Assembly (NCBI GenBank): GCA_963667465.2
Contig: CAXXDN010000001.1
Span: forward strand, 736,001-800,000
Length of the DNA stretch: 64,000 nucleotides
Direction: 5' to 3'
Source: Dehalococcoidia bacterium
Lineage (GTDB): Bacteria; Chloroflexota; Dehalococcoidia; UBA2979
The translations under genes and the position numbers were made by a program. Positions 51,977 through 61,584 of this stretch are shown piece after piece; position 1 is the stretch's first letter, and each line of letters begins with the position of its first letter. Below the pieces are notes generated by a model. The model did no database searches, was not told where the DNA came from, and saw only the letters and a list, made by a program, of their open reading frames with translations.

Positions 51977-52423
51977 CCCTCGATGCTAGTGGCTGGCCCC
52001 TCCGAGGCCAACGAAGGCGAGACTGGCGGGCGTGCCTCCATCCCTGGGAACATCAGCGCCGTCTCAGCATGTTCGTTAGGTTCCACGGGGGTAATCTCCA
52101 GCATGATCGTCATGAGGCAATCCCCCTGCTCCAATCCGGCTGCCATGGCCTCGCAGAATGCGCCTCGAAGGAGGTCACCGCTGGTAGCGCCCCATCGAGC
52201 GCGGGTCGAAGGGAAAGCGCTTCCTCGGTCGGTGTCATTTCTTTCGGTCCCGCCGCAGCGCAATCTACAATGCCGGGGCTGGTTGGCGCGCAAAGCCGTC
52301 CTGTAGAGGCGCTTGCAGTCGAGGAGGGTAAGCGCACCGCCTTGCCAGGGAGCGTGGGGCGTGCGACGCGCGCCCGGGGTGCTCCGCCGCCCCGGAGCGA
52401 GAACCTATTGAGAGCATGACCGC

Positions 52424-53989
52424 ATGACAGCCATCGGTTCGCCCTGGTCACGACGCGTTGCCTTGCTCCTTGCGGGTTTCGCGACCGTCATGGCCTTGGC
52501 TTGCAGCGGCGGTGATGAGGCGATCGGCGAGACGGTAGTCCCCACTCCTGGCCACACCACTGAAGCGCCGCCGGAGACTCCGACCCAGGCGCCACAGCCG
52601 ACTGAAGCACCGCCTGAGACTCCCACCCAGATGCCGCAGCCCACTGAAGCACCGCCTGAGACTCCCACCCAGATGCCGCAGCCGAGTGAAGCACCGCCTG
52701 AGACTCCCACCCGGGCGCCACAGCCGAGTGAAGCACCGCCTGAGACTCCCACCCAGATGCCGCAGCCGAGTGAAGCACCGCCTGAGACTCCCACCCAGGC
52801 GCCGCAGCCGAGTGAAGCACCGCCTGAGACTCCCACTGCACCGAACGCGACAGCGACCCGACGGCAATCCCGGTCCCCATGCGAACACATCGACCCTTCC
52901 CCGCGGGCAATTGAGTTCGAGGGCGACTTCTCGCCAGAACAACGCGTCAGATACGCAGCCGAGATCACGCGAGAGTACGAGAGCGTGGCCTGCTTCTTCT
53001 CCACACGCTTCGGGTTGACGGCGCCGGCACTGACTATCCGGCTCGCGGCGCCTGATGCACCGGGAGCGCAGGGCTTCGCGTACGGCGGGGGAGTCATCCA
53101 CCTGGAGCAGTACCGCCGCTCAACCACCACCACCGAGGTGCGTGGAGGGACGGTGACAGTGGGTGCTGATGAGCTGGGGTTCGTCGGGGTCATCGCGCAT
53201 GAATACGTGCACGCGCTCCAGATTCAGATTGACAACGACACATGGGCGCCCTCCTGGATTCACGAGGGGACGGCGTGGTATCTCGACGCTCTCCACGATC
53301 AGGTGAGTGGGAATCATGACTTCTTCAAGAGCCGCCCGCATCTGTTGTGGTTCGCCAGGGGCTGGAGGGGCTCGCTCCGCGAGATGGAGTCTCCGGATTG
53401 GTGGCACGCGGGGGTCGGATTCCTCGCGATAGAGCGGCTTGTTGAGCGTTCCGGCGAGGCCTCCCTGTTCGACTTCTACCGGCAACTCGCCGCCGCCTCC
53501 GACTGGCAGGTGGCGTTCGAGAGCAGCTTCGGTCTGACTGCGGAGGAATTCTACCGGGACTTTGAGTCCTGGCGCGCTGAAGCGGTACCACCGTGGTCAT
53601 ACTTCTCTGGGGTGGTCGTCGGGCCCGATGGCAATCCCGCACAGGGCGTTTTCATCGGCGCGGTGCGTTCGCTTCCCGGGTCCCTGGCGAGCGCTACGGA
53701 CAGTTGGGTTGTCCCGATTGGCGTGAGCGGGGACGAGGGCATGTTCCGCACATCTGCGGAGCCCGGCCTTACGGTCCTCATTGTCGGAACCGAAGCCTGC
53801 GGGGACGTTGGCTTCGTGAGCAACGAGGGAGGGCTCACCCGCGATCCAGGCGCTGCGCGCCGGTACACGATCGAACTCGAAGGCGTATCAGGCATCAACG
53901 TGCGGTTGCCACGCTCTCCCGAAGATCTGTGCGCGCCCGAAGACGCTTACACATGGAACCCGATACGGGCCATGGGCTGGAGGGACTAG
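52424..53989 (+). CDS. Lipoprotein with Pro-rich repeats and gluzincin-type (peptidase MA-like) domain
   Basis: Lipobox LAC, HEYVH...WIHEG.A, FESSFG. Confidence 0.75.
   Translation: MTAIGSPWSRRVALLLAGFATVMALACSGGDEAIGETVVPTPGHTTEAPPETPTQAPQPTEAPPETPTQMPQPTEAPPETPTQMPQPSEAPPETPTRAPQPSEAPPETPTQMPQPSEAPPETPTQAPQPSEAPPETPTAPNATATRRQSRSPCEHIDPSPRAIEFEGDFSPEQRVRYAAEITREYESVACFFSTRFGLTAPALTIRLAAPDAPGAQGFAYGGGVIHLEQYRRSTTTTEVRGGTVTVGADELGFVGVIAHEYVHALQIQIDNDTWAPSWIHEGTAWYLDALHDQVSGNHDFFKSRPHLLWFARGWRGSLREMESPDWWHAGVGFLAIERLVERSGEASLFDFYRQLAAASDWQVAFESSFGLTAEEFYRDFESWRAEAVPPWSYFSGVVVGPDGNPAQGVFIGAVRSLPGSLASATDSWVVPIGVSGDEGMFRTSAEPGLTVLIVGTEACGDVGFVSNEGGLTRDPGAARRYTIELEGVSGINVRLPRSPEDLCAPEDAYTWNPIRAMGWRD
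52559..52837 (+). repeat. ~6.6 x 42-bp coding repeat (T/S)EAPPETPTQ(A/M)PQP
   Basis: Seen in both DNA and translation. Confidence 0.9.
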
Positions 53990-54291
53990 CGGGGTCAGTC
54001 TGCGGCCGCAAGCGGTGCGGCGAAAAGATGCTCGACCTCGTGACCTTTATCATATTCGGCCAGCCACCGCGGGACGAGTCGGCGCAGGGACGAACCCCCG
54101 AGGGTGATCGGCTAAGACCAGGCGACACATCGCGCTATGCGTCAGGACCATACCTTGGCCTTTCCGATGACGCGCTCGGGGGTGCGGCCACGGGTCCAGC
54201 GGCCGACCTTCCCTGGCAGGACGCCTCGCCGCGCCGGCGCCGTTCGTCGCAGGGCGGCGGTTTCGTATGATGGCCGCCGGACGGAGGGCCC

Positions 54292-55188
54292 ATGCTCGAG
54301 ATCACGCGCATCGACCGCGTCGGCGTCGTCGTGCCGGCGTTGCCGCCGCAAGTCGCGCTGTTCGAGGAGCTGTTCGGCTTCCGCGCCGGCACACCAACTG
54401 TCGATGCCGACGGCAGCGCGGTGCGCGTCCGGCTCTCGATGCCGGGCCGCTCCGGCGTCGACTGGGAGGTGGCCGCGCCGACGCTCAAGTCCTCGCCGTT
54501 ACAGGCGTTCATCGACAGCCCACTCGGGCCGGGCATCCACAACCTCGTGCTACGCGTTCCCGGCCTCGATGCTGCCGTTCAGGAGCTGCGAAGCCACGAG
54601 ATCGAGCCGTGGCGCGGCGACCCCGGCGACGGCAGCGAGCCGGGCGAGGAGGTCTTCATCCACCCCTCGCGCGGCGGGCAGGGCTTCCTCTTCCGCCTGC
54701 GCGGCCTTGAGGATGGGGGCGAGCGGCCGCCGCCGCCCGAGGACCACGAGGGCGCGCTCGGCATCATCGCGCTCGACCATCTCTCGCATGCGCATGGCGA
54801 GCGCGACGCCCTCGCGGACTGGTACGAGCGCGTCTTCGGGATGCGGCTCGGCCGCCGCGGGCAGGCGGACGAGCGGCCGTTCGTGACCACGGTGCTCGAC
54901 ATTCCGACCGGGCAGCTGCACTGGGAAGTGATCCAGCCCGTCGGCGAGCGTTCGTTCATCCAGCGCTTCATCGATCGGCGCGGTCCCGGGATCCACCACG
55001 TCACCTTCCAGGTCGGCGACTGGGAGCGCGCGCTCGCCGCCTGCGAGGCCTACGGCGTGACCACCTTCGGCGGCTCGGAGGGCGTCAGGGACGGCTCGGG
55101 CTGGGCCGAGACCTTTCTCCATCCCCGCCAGGCCGGCGGAATGCTGGTGCAGCTCTTCTGGGAAGAGCACCCGGGCGTGTGGATCTAG
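54292..55188 (+). CDS. Tandem two-domain VOC protein (methylmalonyl-CoA epimerase-like)
   Basis: Two copies of WEV..P....S....F....GPGIH and FxHP. Confidence 0.82.
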   Translation: MLEITRIDRVGVVVPALPPQVALFEELFGFRAGTPTVDADGSAVRVRLSMPGRSGVDWEVAAPTLKSSPLQAFIDSPLGPGIHNLVLRVPGLDAAVQELRSHEIEPWRGDPGDGSEPGEEVFIHPSRGGQGFLFRLRGLEDGGERPPPPEDHEGALGIIALDHLSHAHGERDALADWYERVFGMRLGRRGQADERPFVTTVLDIPTGQLHWEVIQPVGERSFIQRFIDRRGPGIHHVTFQVGDWERALAACEAYGVTTFGGSEGVRDGSGWAETFLHPRQAGGMLVQLFWEEHPGVWI

Positions 55189-55190
55189 GC

Positions 55191-56603
55191 GTGGCCTCGG
55201 ACCTCGACCTCGGCGCCGCGACGATCACCGGCCTCGGCGAGCGCATCCGGCGCCGCGAGCTCTCGCCCGTCGAGGTGATCGAGGCGACGAACGAGCGCAT
55301 CGAGCGGCTGCAGCCCGTGCTGCACTCGTTTGTCACGCACTGCGGGGACTACGCGCTGGAACGCGCGCGCCAGGCGGAGCGCGAGATCGCGGCGAACCGC
55401 TATCGCGGACCGCTGCACGGCATCCCCTACACGCTCAAGGACGTGATCGCCACGCGCGGCGTGCGCACCACCTTCGGCAACCCTCGAGGCGTCGACTATC
55501 GCCCGCCGGAGCAGGCGACGCTGCACCGGTTGCTGGAGGAGGCGGGTGCGATCCTCGTCGGCAAGGTCGTCTCGGAGATCGGCCGCGACACGCGCGGGCC
55601 GGTCGGCTGCCGTAACGCCTGGGACCCCTCGCGCAGCCCCGGCACGTCGAGCAGCGGCTCCGGCTCGGCCACGGCGGCCTCGCTGGGACTGCTCTCGATC
55701 GGCACGGACACCGGCGGCTCCGTCCGCCACCCCGGCAGCAACAGCAACCTTGTCGCGATGAAGCCGACGTTCGGGCGCATCTCCCGCCACGGCATCTGGG
55801 CCGCGTCGTGGAGTGACGACACCGCCGGCCCGCTCACGAAGACCGTCGAGGACAACGCCGCCGCCCTCGAGGCGATCGGCGCCTACGACCCGCTCGACCC
55901 GCTGAGCATCAACGAGCCGCCCTCGGACTACCGCGCCGGCCTCGGCGACGGCATCGCCGGCGTGCGCATCGGCGTCCCGGTGGACGACTGGATCTGGCGC
56001 GACTGGCTGAGCGAGGACGAAGAGGAGATCGCACGCGCGGCGATCGAGCGGCTCGGCGAGCTGGGCGCCGCGCTCTCGGAGGTGCGGATGCCGCTCGCGG
56101 AGCACGCCCGCAATCGCGCACTGGGCCTCTCGCTGGCCTCGGAGCGTCCGGTCTTCATCCGCGATCACTTCAGCGAGGCGGAGATCGAGGCGTGGACGGA
56201 GATCCACCCGCAGATCGAGACGGGCGAGGCGCAGCCGTTCGAGCAGTACCTGCATACGCAGCAGTTCCGCGCGCGCATTACGCAGGAATCAAACGCCGTG
56301 CTGCGCGAGGTGGACGTGATCGCGATGCCGACGGGCAGCACCTACGGTGACGCCTGGGACGCGGAGACGGTCGTGATCCGCGGCCGCGAGGTGCAGGCCC
56401 GCTCGCGCGGTGTCTACCGCAACGGCGCCGCCAGCGTCTCCGGCCACCCGGCGATCTCGGTGCCGTGCGGCTTCGGCAACGACGACCGCTGGCCGGTGGG
56501 GCTGATGCTGCACGGCCGCTCGCTGGAGGAGGGGCTGCTCTACCGCGTGGCCCACGCCTACCAGCAGTCCACCGACTGGCACCTCCGCCAGCCGCCGCTC
56601 TGA
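55191..56603 (+). CDS. Amidase signature family enzyme
   Basis: GPLHGIP..LKD, GTSSSGS, GTDTGGSVRHP, KPTFGRISR; start may be 55179. Confidence 0.9.
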   Translation: MASDLDLGAATITGLGERIRRRELSPVEVIEATNERIERLQPVLHSFVTHCGDYALERARQAEREIAANRYRGPLHGIPYTLKDVIATRGVRTTFGNPRGVDYRPPEQATLHRLLEEAGAILVGKVVSEIGRDTRGPVGCRNAWDPSRSPGTSSSGSGSATAASLGLLSIGTDTGGSVRHPGSNSNLVAMKPTFGRISRHGIWAASWSDDTAGPLTKTVEDNAAALEAIGAYDPLDPLSINEPPSDYRAGLGDGIAGVRIGVPVDDWIWRDWLSEDEEEIARAAIERLGELGAALSEVRMPLAEHARNRALGLSLASERPVFIRDHFSEAEIEAWTEIHPQIETGEAQPFEQYLHTQQFRARITQESNAVLREVDVIAMPTGSTYGDAWDAETVVIRGREVQARSRGVYRNGAASVSGHPAISVPCGFGNDDRWPVGLMLHGRSLEEGLLYRVAHAYQQSTDWHLRQPPL

Positions 56604-56730
56604 CCTCGCGGGCATGGCCGAGCCCGGTCATCGCGCACGAAGCCACGTTGCCTGAGAAGGCGCGGTGGTCCCGCCGCGCGCTGCCGGGGGCGGATGTATG
56701 CCCGGTCAGCGCAGAGCTGCCGGACTGTCA

Positions 56731-56759
56731 TTGACCGGCGCCGCCCCGCTCCGTACGGT
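56731..56759 (+). promoter_or_regulatory. Putative sigma70-type promoter of the DUF1538 operon
   Basis: TTGACC-N17-TACGGT about 50 bp before the GAGGAG RBS and ATG 56811. Confidence 0.5.
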
Positions 56760-56810
56760 GTAGCCGCCCCGCGCTGGCCCTTGAACCCCTGCAGCACGCG
56801 CGCGAGGAGC

Positions 56811-57551
56811 ATGGTCTTGCGGCGTTTCGCGTTGTCCGTGGGGAAGCAGACCCTGGGCGCGCTTCGAGACCTGGCCCCCATCTTCGCCGTTGTCGCGTTC
56901 TTTCAGATTGTCGTCCTGCAACAGCCCTTTCCGGACATCGCCGACGTGATTGTCGGGTTGGTGTGCGTGGTCCTGGGGCTGGCGCTATTCGTCGAGGGGC
57001 TGGAGCGCGGGCTGTTTCCGCTGGGCGAGGCGCTGGCGCAGGGGATGGCGCGCAAGGGCAGCACGACGGCACTGCTGGCGATGGCGTTCTGTCTGGGCTT
57101 CGGGACCACCGTGGCGGAGCCGGCGCTGATTGCCGTGGCGGCCGAGGCGGCTGAGGTGGCGGCGGATGCGGGCTTCATCGGCGGCAGCCAGGCCGCCCAG
57201 AACCAGTACGCCCTCGAGGTGCGCGCGGTGGTGGCCGTCGCCGTCGGCCTCGCCATCGTGTTGGGCGTGCTGCGCATCCTGAAGGGGTGGCCCATTCACC
57301 GCTTCATCATCAGCGGCTACGTGTTGGTCATGGTGATGACCCTGTTCGCGCCCGAGGAGATTGTGGGGGTGGCGTACGACTCCGGGGGCGTGACGACCAG
57401 CACGATCACGGTGCCCCTGATCACCGCGCTGGGAGTGGGCCTCGCCTCCACCATCCGGGGGCGCAGCCCGATGCTCGACGGCTTCGGGCTGATCGCCTTC
57501 GCCAGCCTCACGCCCATGATCTGCGTGCTGGGCTACGGGATGGTGGCGTGA
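56811..57551 (+). CDS. DUF1538 membrane protein
   Basis: [41 protein letters not shown]. Confidence 0.88.
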   Translation: MVLRRFALSVGKQTLGALRDLAPIFAVVAFFQIVVLQQPFPDIADVIVGLVCVVLGLALFVEGLERGLFPLGEALAQGMARKGSTTALLAMAFCLGFGTTVAEPALIAVAAEAAEVAADAGFIGGSQAAQNQYALEVRAVVAVAVGLAIVLGVLRILKGWPIHRFIISGYVLVMVMTLFAPEEIVGVAYDSGGVTTSTITVPLITALGVGLASTIRGRSPMLDGFGLIAFASLTPMICVLGYGMVA

Positions 57552-58339
57552 TGCTGGAGTTTGCGGCGCGCTTCGGCGAAACCCTGCTGTACACGCTGAG
57601 GGACGTGACGCCCATCGTCGTGATCCTGGTGGTGTTCCAGTTGGGGGTGCTGCGGCGCAGCCTGCCCAACATCAGGGGCATCGTCACCGGGTCGGTGATG
57701 GTGCTGCTGGGCCTGGCGCTGTTCCTCATCGGGCTGGAGCAGGCGCTGTTCCCCATCGGCGAGACGATGGCGCGGCAACTCACGGAGACGGCCGGGTCGT
57801 CGTCGCTGACGAGCGCGGTGCGCTGGGAGGACTACTGGGTCGTCTATCTCTTCGCGGCGGCCATCGGCTTTGCGACGACTGTGGCCGAGCCGGCCCTGAT
57901 CGCGGTAGCGCTGAAAGCCGAGGAGGTTTCGGGCCGCACGGTGAACGCCTGGGGGCTCCGGATCGCCGTGGCGGTGGGCGTGGCCGCCGGGGTGTCGCTG
58001 GGGTGCTTCCGCATCGTGACCGGTACGCCGCTGCCGTGGTACATCGTGGTGGCCTACGTGGTCGTCATCGTGCAGACGTTCCTGAGCAGGCGCACCATCG
58101 TGCCGCTGGCCTACGACAGCGGGGGCGTCACTACCTCGACCGTCACGGTGCCGGTGGTGACGGCGCTGGGCCTGGGCCTCGCCGCCAACGTCCCGGGGCG
58201 CAGCCCGCTCCTCGACGGCTTCGGGCTCATCGCCTTCGCCAGTGTCTTTCCGATCATGTCGGTGCTAGGCTACGCCATCGTCGCGGAGCGGGTAGGGCGC
58301 TGGCGCACACGGAGGGAACGCCAGGGGGTCGAGTCATGA
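57551..58339 (+). CDS. DUF1538 membrane protein (second paralog)
   Basis: Same motif set as the upstream gene; stop/start overlap. Confidence 0.88.
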   Translation: MLEFAARFGETLLYTLRDVTPIVVILVVFQLGVLRRSLPNIRGIVTGSVMVLLGLALFLIGLEQALFPIGETMARQLTETAGSSSLTSAVRWEDYWVVYLFAAAIGFATTVAEPALIAVALKAEEVSGRTVNAWGLRIAVAVGVAAGVSLGCFRIVTGTPLPWYIVVAYVVVIVQTFLSRRTIVPLAYDSGGVTTSTVTVPVVTALGLGLAANVPGRSPLLDGFGLIAFASVFPIMSVLGYAIVAERVGRWRTRRERQGVES

Positions 58340-58686
58340 AGATGGCGCTGGTCGTCGCGCTGGTGAGCACCGAGAAGACGAACGACATCATCGATGCGGC
58401 GCGGGCCGGCGGCGCGACGGGCGCCACCATCATCGGCGGCGTGCGTGGCGAGGGACTGAAGCCGGCAAAGACCTTTCTCGGGCTGGACCTGGCGGCGAGC
58501 GGAGACGTTGTGCTCTTTCTGGTCGCGGAACCGCGGGCCCGCGACATCCTCGAGCGCCTCGCGGCGGCCGGGGGCATGGACCGCGAGCACGGCGCAGGCG
58601 TCGCCTTTCAACTTACTATCGAGGACGCCGTCGGCCTCTCAACGCAGTTGCCCACGCTCATGGAGGAGTTGGAAGACGCCGTATGA
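58336..58686 (+). CDS. PII-like signal transduction protein
   Basis: AARAGGATGATI..VRGEG, G.GVAF; 116 aa. Confidence 0.85.
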   Translation: MKMALVVALVSTEKTNDIIDAARAGGATGATIIGGVRGEGLKPAKTFLGLDLAASGDVVLFLVAEPRARDILERLAAAGGMDREHGAGVAFQLTIEDAVGLSTQLPTLMEELEDAV

Positions 58687-59093
58687 CTGATCAGGGCGAC
58701 CATCCGGCGATCCGCGTGTCCGACATCATGGGGACCGAGGTGCACGCCATCGACGGACTGGCGACGGTGGCCGAGGCCATGGCGCTGATGAAGCGGCTGC
58801 AGATCAGCTCGTTGGTGGTCAACCGCCGCCACGACGACGACGAACCGGGGCTGATCACGGTGAGCGATCTGGCGCGGGAGGTTGTCGCGCGCGACCGCGC
58901 GCCCGAGCGGGTCAATGTCTACGAGGTCATGGCGAAACCGGCGTTGACGGTGCGCTCGGGGATGCTGGCGCGCTACGCGGTGCGGCTGCTGGTGCAGTTT
59001 CACGTCTCGCGCGCGCTGGTCGTCGACGACGCCGGGACTCCCCGCGGCCTGGTGACGCTGCGCGACCTGGTTTTGGGGCTGACCCGGGAATAG
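58683..59093 (+). CDS. CBS domain pair protein
   Basis: VSDIM, ATVAEA, GLITVSD, VYEVMAKP, GLVTLRD. Confidence 0.88.
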   Translation: MTDQGDHPAIRVSDIMGTEVHAIDGLATVAEAMALMKRLQISSLVVNRRHDDDEPGLITVSDLAREVVARDRAPERVNVYEVMAKPALTVRSGMLARYAVRLLVQFHVSRALVVDDAGTPRGLVTLRDLVLGLTRE

Positions 59094-59260
59094 GCGCGGA
59101 GCCCCTTGCTTCGCGCGCCCGGGGCTCAACACACCGCTGACGGCGCAGGACGCGATGCAGATCCCTCACGGCGGCGCCGTGGCGAGACCCTGAGAGGCGA
59201 CGCCAACCCCTGTCAGGACCTCGGCGAGTGGCTACGGCGGGACACGGCCGGAACCCCGCG

Positions 59261-61486
59261 TCAGGCGCTCCGGCCGAGGCGCTTGCGCTTGCGCTGCACA
59301 TAGTCGACCAGAATGTACTCGCCGAGCTTGTCCGGCGTCGTGTAGAAGACACGGCCGCCGTTGATCTTCGCGAGCTGGTTCACGAACTCCTTGAGGTAGT
59401 AGTTGCGGTCCAGCATGAAGGTGTTGATCGTGATGTCCGCCTGCGTGCAGCGGCGGACCTCCTTCAGCGTCTCGCGGATTGTCGTCGGGCTCGGCGGATA
59501 GGAGAACTGCGAGCGGCCGCGCTCCAGGTGCGCGGTCGGTTCGCCGTCCGAGATCATGATGATCTGGCGCGTGCCGCCGCTGTGCCGGGCGAGCTTGTTG
59601 CGGGCCATCATCAGCGCGTGGTGCATGTTGGTGCCGAGCACGGACTCGTCCCAGCGCACGTACGGCAGATCGGCGATCCGCAGCTCCCGCGCGTAGGCGG
59701 AGAAGCCGAGGACGTAGAGCTCGTCACGCGGGTACTGCGTGCTGATCAGGTTGTGCAGGGCGAGCGCGACCTTCTTCGCGGACTGGAACGAGCCACGTAG
59801 CGCCATCGACCAGGAGAGGTCGACCATCACCACGGTGGCGGTCTCTGTCAGCTGCTCGGAGCGATGCACCTCGAAGTCGTCGGGCATGAGGCGCACGGGC
59901 GTCTGCGGTCCCTCACGCTCGACGGCGTTCATGATCGTGCGGCCCATGTGCAGGTGGAACGGGTCGCCGAACTCGTACTCCTTGGTGTCCTCGGTGCGTT
60001 CGCCGTGCCGTCCCGCCTCGGGGATCGGGTGGTTGCCGATGCCCTGGCGCTTGAGCTGTGCGTAGATCTCGGTGAGCGCGCGCTGGCCGATCATGCGCGT
60101 GCCTCGAGGAGTCAACTCCCAGTTGTTGCCCTCGCGCCGGATGTAGCCCTCGCGCTCCAGGATCTCGAGCAGCTCGCCGAGCTGGTCGATTGCCTCGGAC
60201 GCCTCGTCGCCGAGCAGCTCGCGCAGCTGGTCGAGGTCGATGCCGTCGATGTCGCCGTCGTACTGGGCGCGCTCCAGCTGGCGCTCGAGGCCGTCGATGT
60301 CCTGCATCTCCGACATCAGCTGCATCGCCGCCTCGAGGCCGATCTCCTCGTCGCCGCGGAACGGGTAGGCGGGCGCGCGTTCGGCGCCGGGGTTGAGGTA
60401 CTCGAGGTTGGCCGCGAGCTGTGAGAGCTCGCCCTCGAGCTCCGGGTCCCCGAACTTGTCGGCCATCAGCGACTGCAGCTGCTGGCGCTGGTCGCCGGGC
60501 AGCGACTCCATCAGCGACTGCATCGCCTGCGTCTGCGCCTGCATCTGCTCGATCAGCTCGTCGAGCGACTCGGGTGGGTTGTCGCCGAACATGTCGCCGT
60601 ACTTGTCCATGAAGGAGTCGAAGTCGGGCTGCTCGCCGCGCATGCGCTGGATCAGCATGTCGTTGAGGTCGCGCAGCATTTCCTTCATGCGCTCGAGGTC
60701 GCCCTCGGACATCTCGTCGACCATCTGCGAGACATCCTTGAAGAAGGATTCGGTCATCGCCTGCTTGAGCTGCTCGAGCAGTCCCTGGAACTTGTCGCGC
60801 GCGTCCGGGTTGAGGAACTCGTAGTTCTGCAGCGACTGGACCTGGCCCGCGGGCTCGTCCGGCAGCTCTTCGAGGTACTGCTGCTTGCGCTCGACGATGC
60901 GGCGCAGCATGTCGGACAGGTCTCCGTCCCCGGCTGCGCCGCCCTCGCCGCCGGACCCTTGCGCGGGCGCGCCGCCCGCCGTCTCGCCGGGGGCGCCGGC
61001 CTGCTGCTGCGCGGCGCCGCCGGCGCCCTGCTGGCCCTCGGCGCCCTGCGGGCCCTGCTGGTCCTGCTGGCCGTCCGTCTGCGCGCCCGCGCTTGCCTCG
61101 CTGTCCTCGTCCGGGGCCTGATCGGCGGCGTCCGGCTCTGGCTGCGAGGGGCCGCCCGCCTCGGCGAGCCGCTGGTCGAGGGTGCTCTGTTCGAGCTCGA
61201 GGATCTCGCGCAGCGCCTCCTCGATCTGCTGCATCGTGCCGCCGAGGTCGAACTGGTCGAGACGCTGGCGGCGCTGCTGCCGCAGCTGGTGGAGCAGGTC
61301 GCGCAGGCCCGGGGCGCGCGCTCCGTCTGGCCTGCGCATCCCGCGCTGCATCAGGTTGCGCAGCGCGTGCTGCAGGTCTCCGAAGTTCATCAGGTCGTCG
61401 GACAGCGCCTCGAGGATATCGCCGGCCTCGAGTTCCGGGATCTCCTGGCTGCCGTCCCAGGCGGAGTAGCGCGCGAGCAGCGTCAT
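59261..61486 (-). CDS. VWA domain protein (Rv0959-like)
   Basis: RYSAWDG N-terminus, MIDAS DLSWSM, GTN, ISDGEPTAH. Confidence 0.88.
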   Translation of the reverse strand: MTLLARYSAWDGSQEIPELEAGDILEALSDDLMNFGDLQHALRNLMQRGMRRPDGARAPGLRDLLHQLRQQRRQRLDQFDLGGTMQQIEEALREILELEQSTLDQRLAEAGGPSQPEPDAADQAPDEDSEASAGAQTDGQQDQQGPQGAEGQQGAGGAAQQQAGAPGETAGGAPAQGSGGEGGAAGDGDLSDMLRRIVERKQQYLEELPDEPAGQVQSLQNYEFLNPDARDKFQGLLEQLKQAMTESFFKDVSQMVDEMSEGDLERMKEMLRDLNDMLIQRMRGEQPDFDSFMDKYGDMFGDNPPESLDELIEQMQAQTQAMQSLMESLPGDQRQQLQSLMADKFGDPELEGELSQLAANLEYLNPGAERAPAYPFRGDEEIGLEAAMQLMSEMQDIDGLERQLERAQYDGDIDGIDLDQLRELLGDEASEAIDQLGELLEILEREGYIRREGNNWELTPRGTRMIGQRALTEIYAQLKRQGIGNHPIPEAGRHGERTEDTKEYEFGDPFHLHMGRTIMNAVEREGPQTPVRLMPDDFEVHRSEQLTETATVVMVDLSWSMALRGSFQSAKKVALALHNLISTQYPRDELYVLGFSAYARELRIADLPYVRWDESVLGTNMHHALMMARNKLARHSGGTRQIIMISDGEPTAHLERGRSQFSYPPSPTTIRETLKEVRRCTQADITINTFMLDRNYYLKEFVNQLAKINGGRVFYTTPDKLGEYILVDYVQRKRKRLGRSA

Positions 61487-61541
61487 GGTTCGAGCCTCCC
61501 GCTTCTCCGTGCTCCGCCGGGTCTCTGCCCGGCCCGGTTCG

Positions 61542-61584
61542 GCTAGCCCCGGTACAGCTAGCCCCGGTACAGCTAGCCCCGGTA
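61542..61584. repeat. 3 x 15-bp repeat GCTAGCCCCGGTACA duplicating the ATPase stop region
   Basis: Units at 61542, 61557 and 61572. Confidence 0.8.

Noticed and set aside
51955-52293. Short ORFs upstream of the lipid kinase and at 54028-54270
   Set aside because: No recognisable motifs or RBS and atypical codon usage; cannot be supported.
56610-56800. Riboswitch upstream of the DUF1538 operon
   Set aside because: No recognisable aptamer consensus, and the candidate promoter leaves only a short leader.
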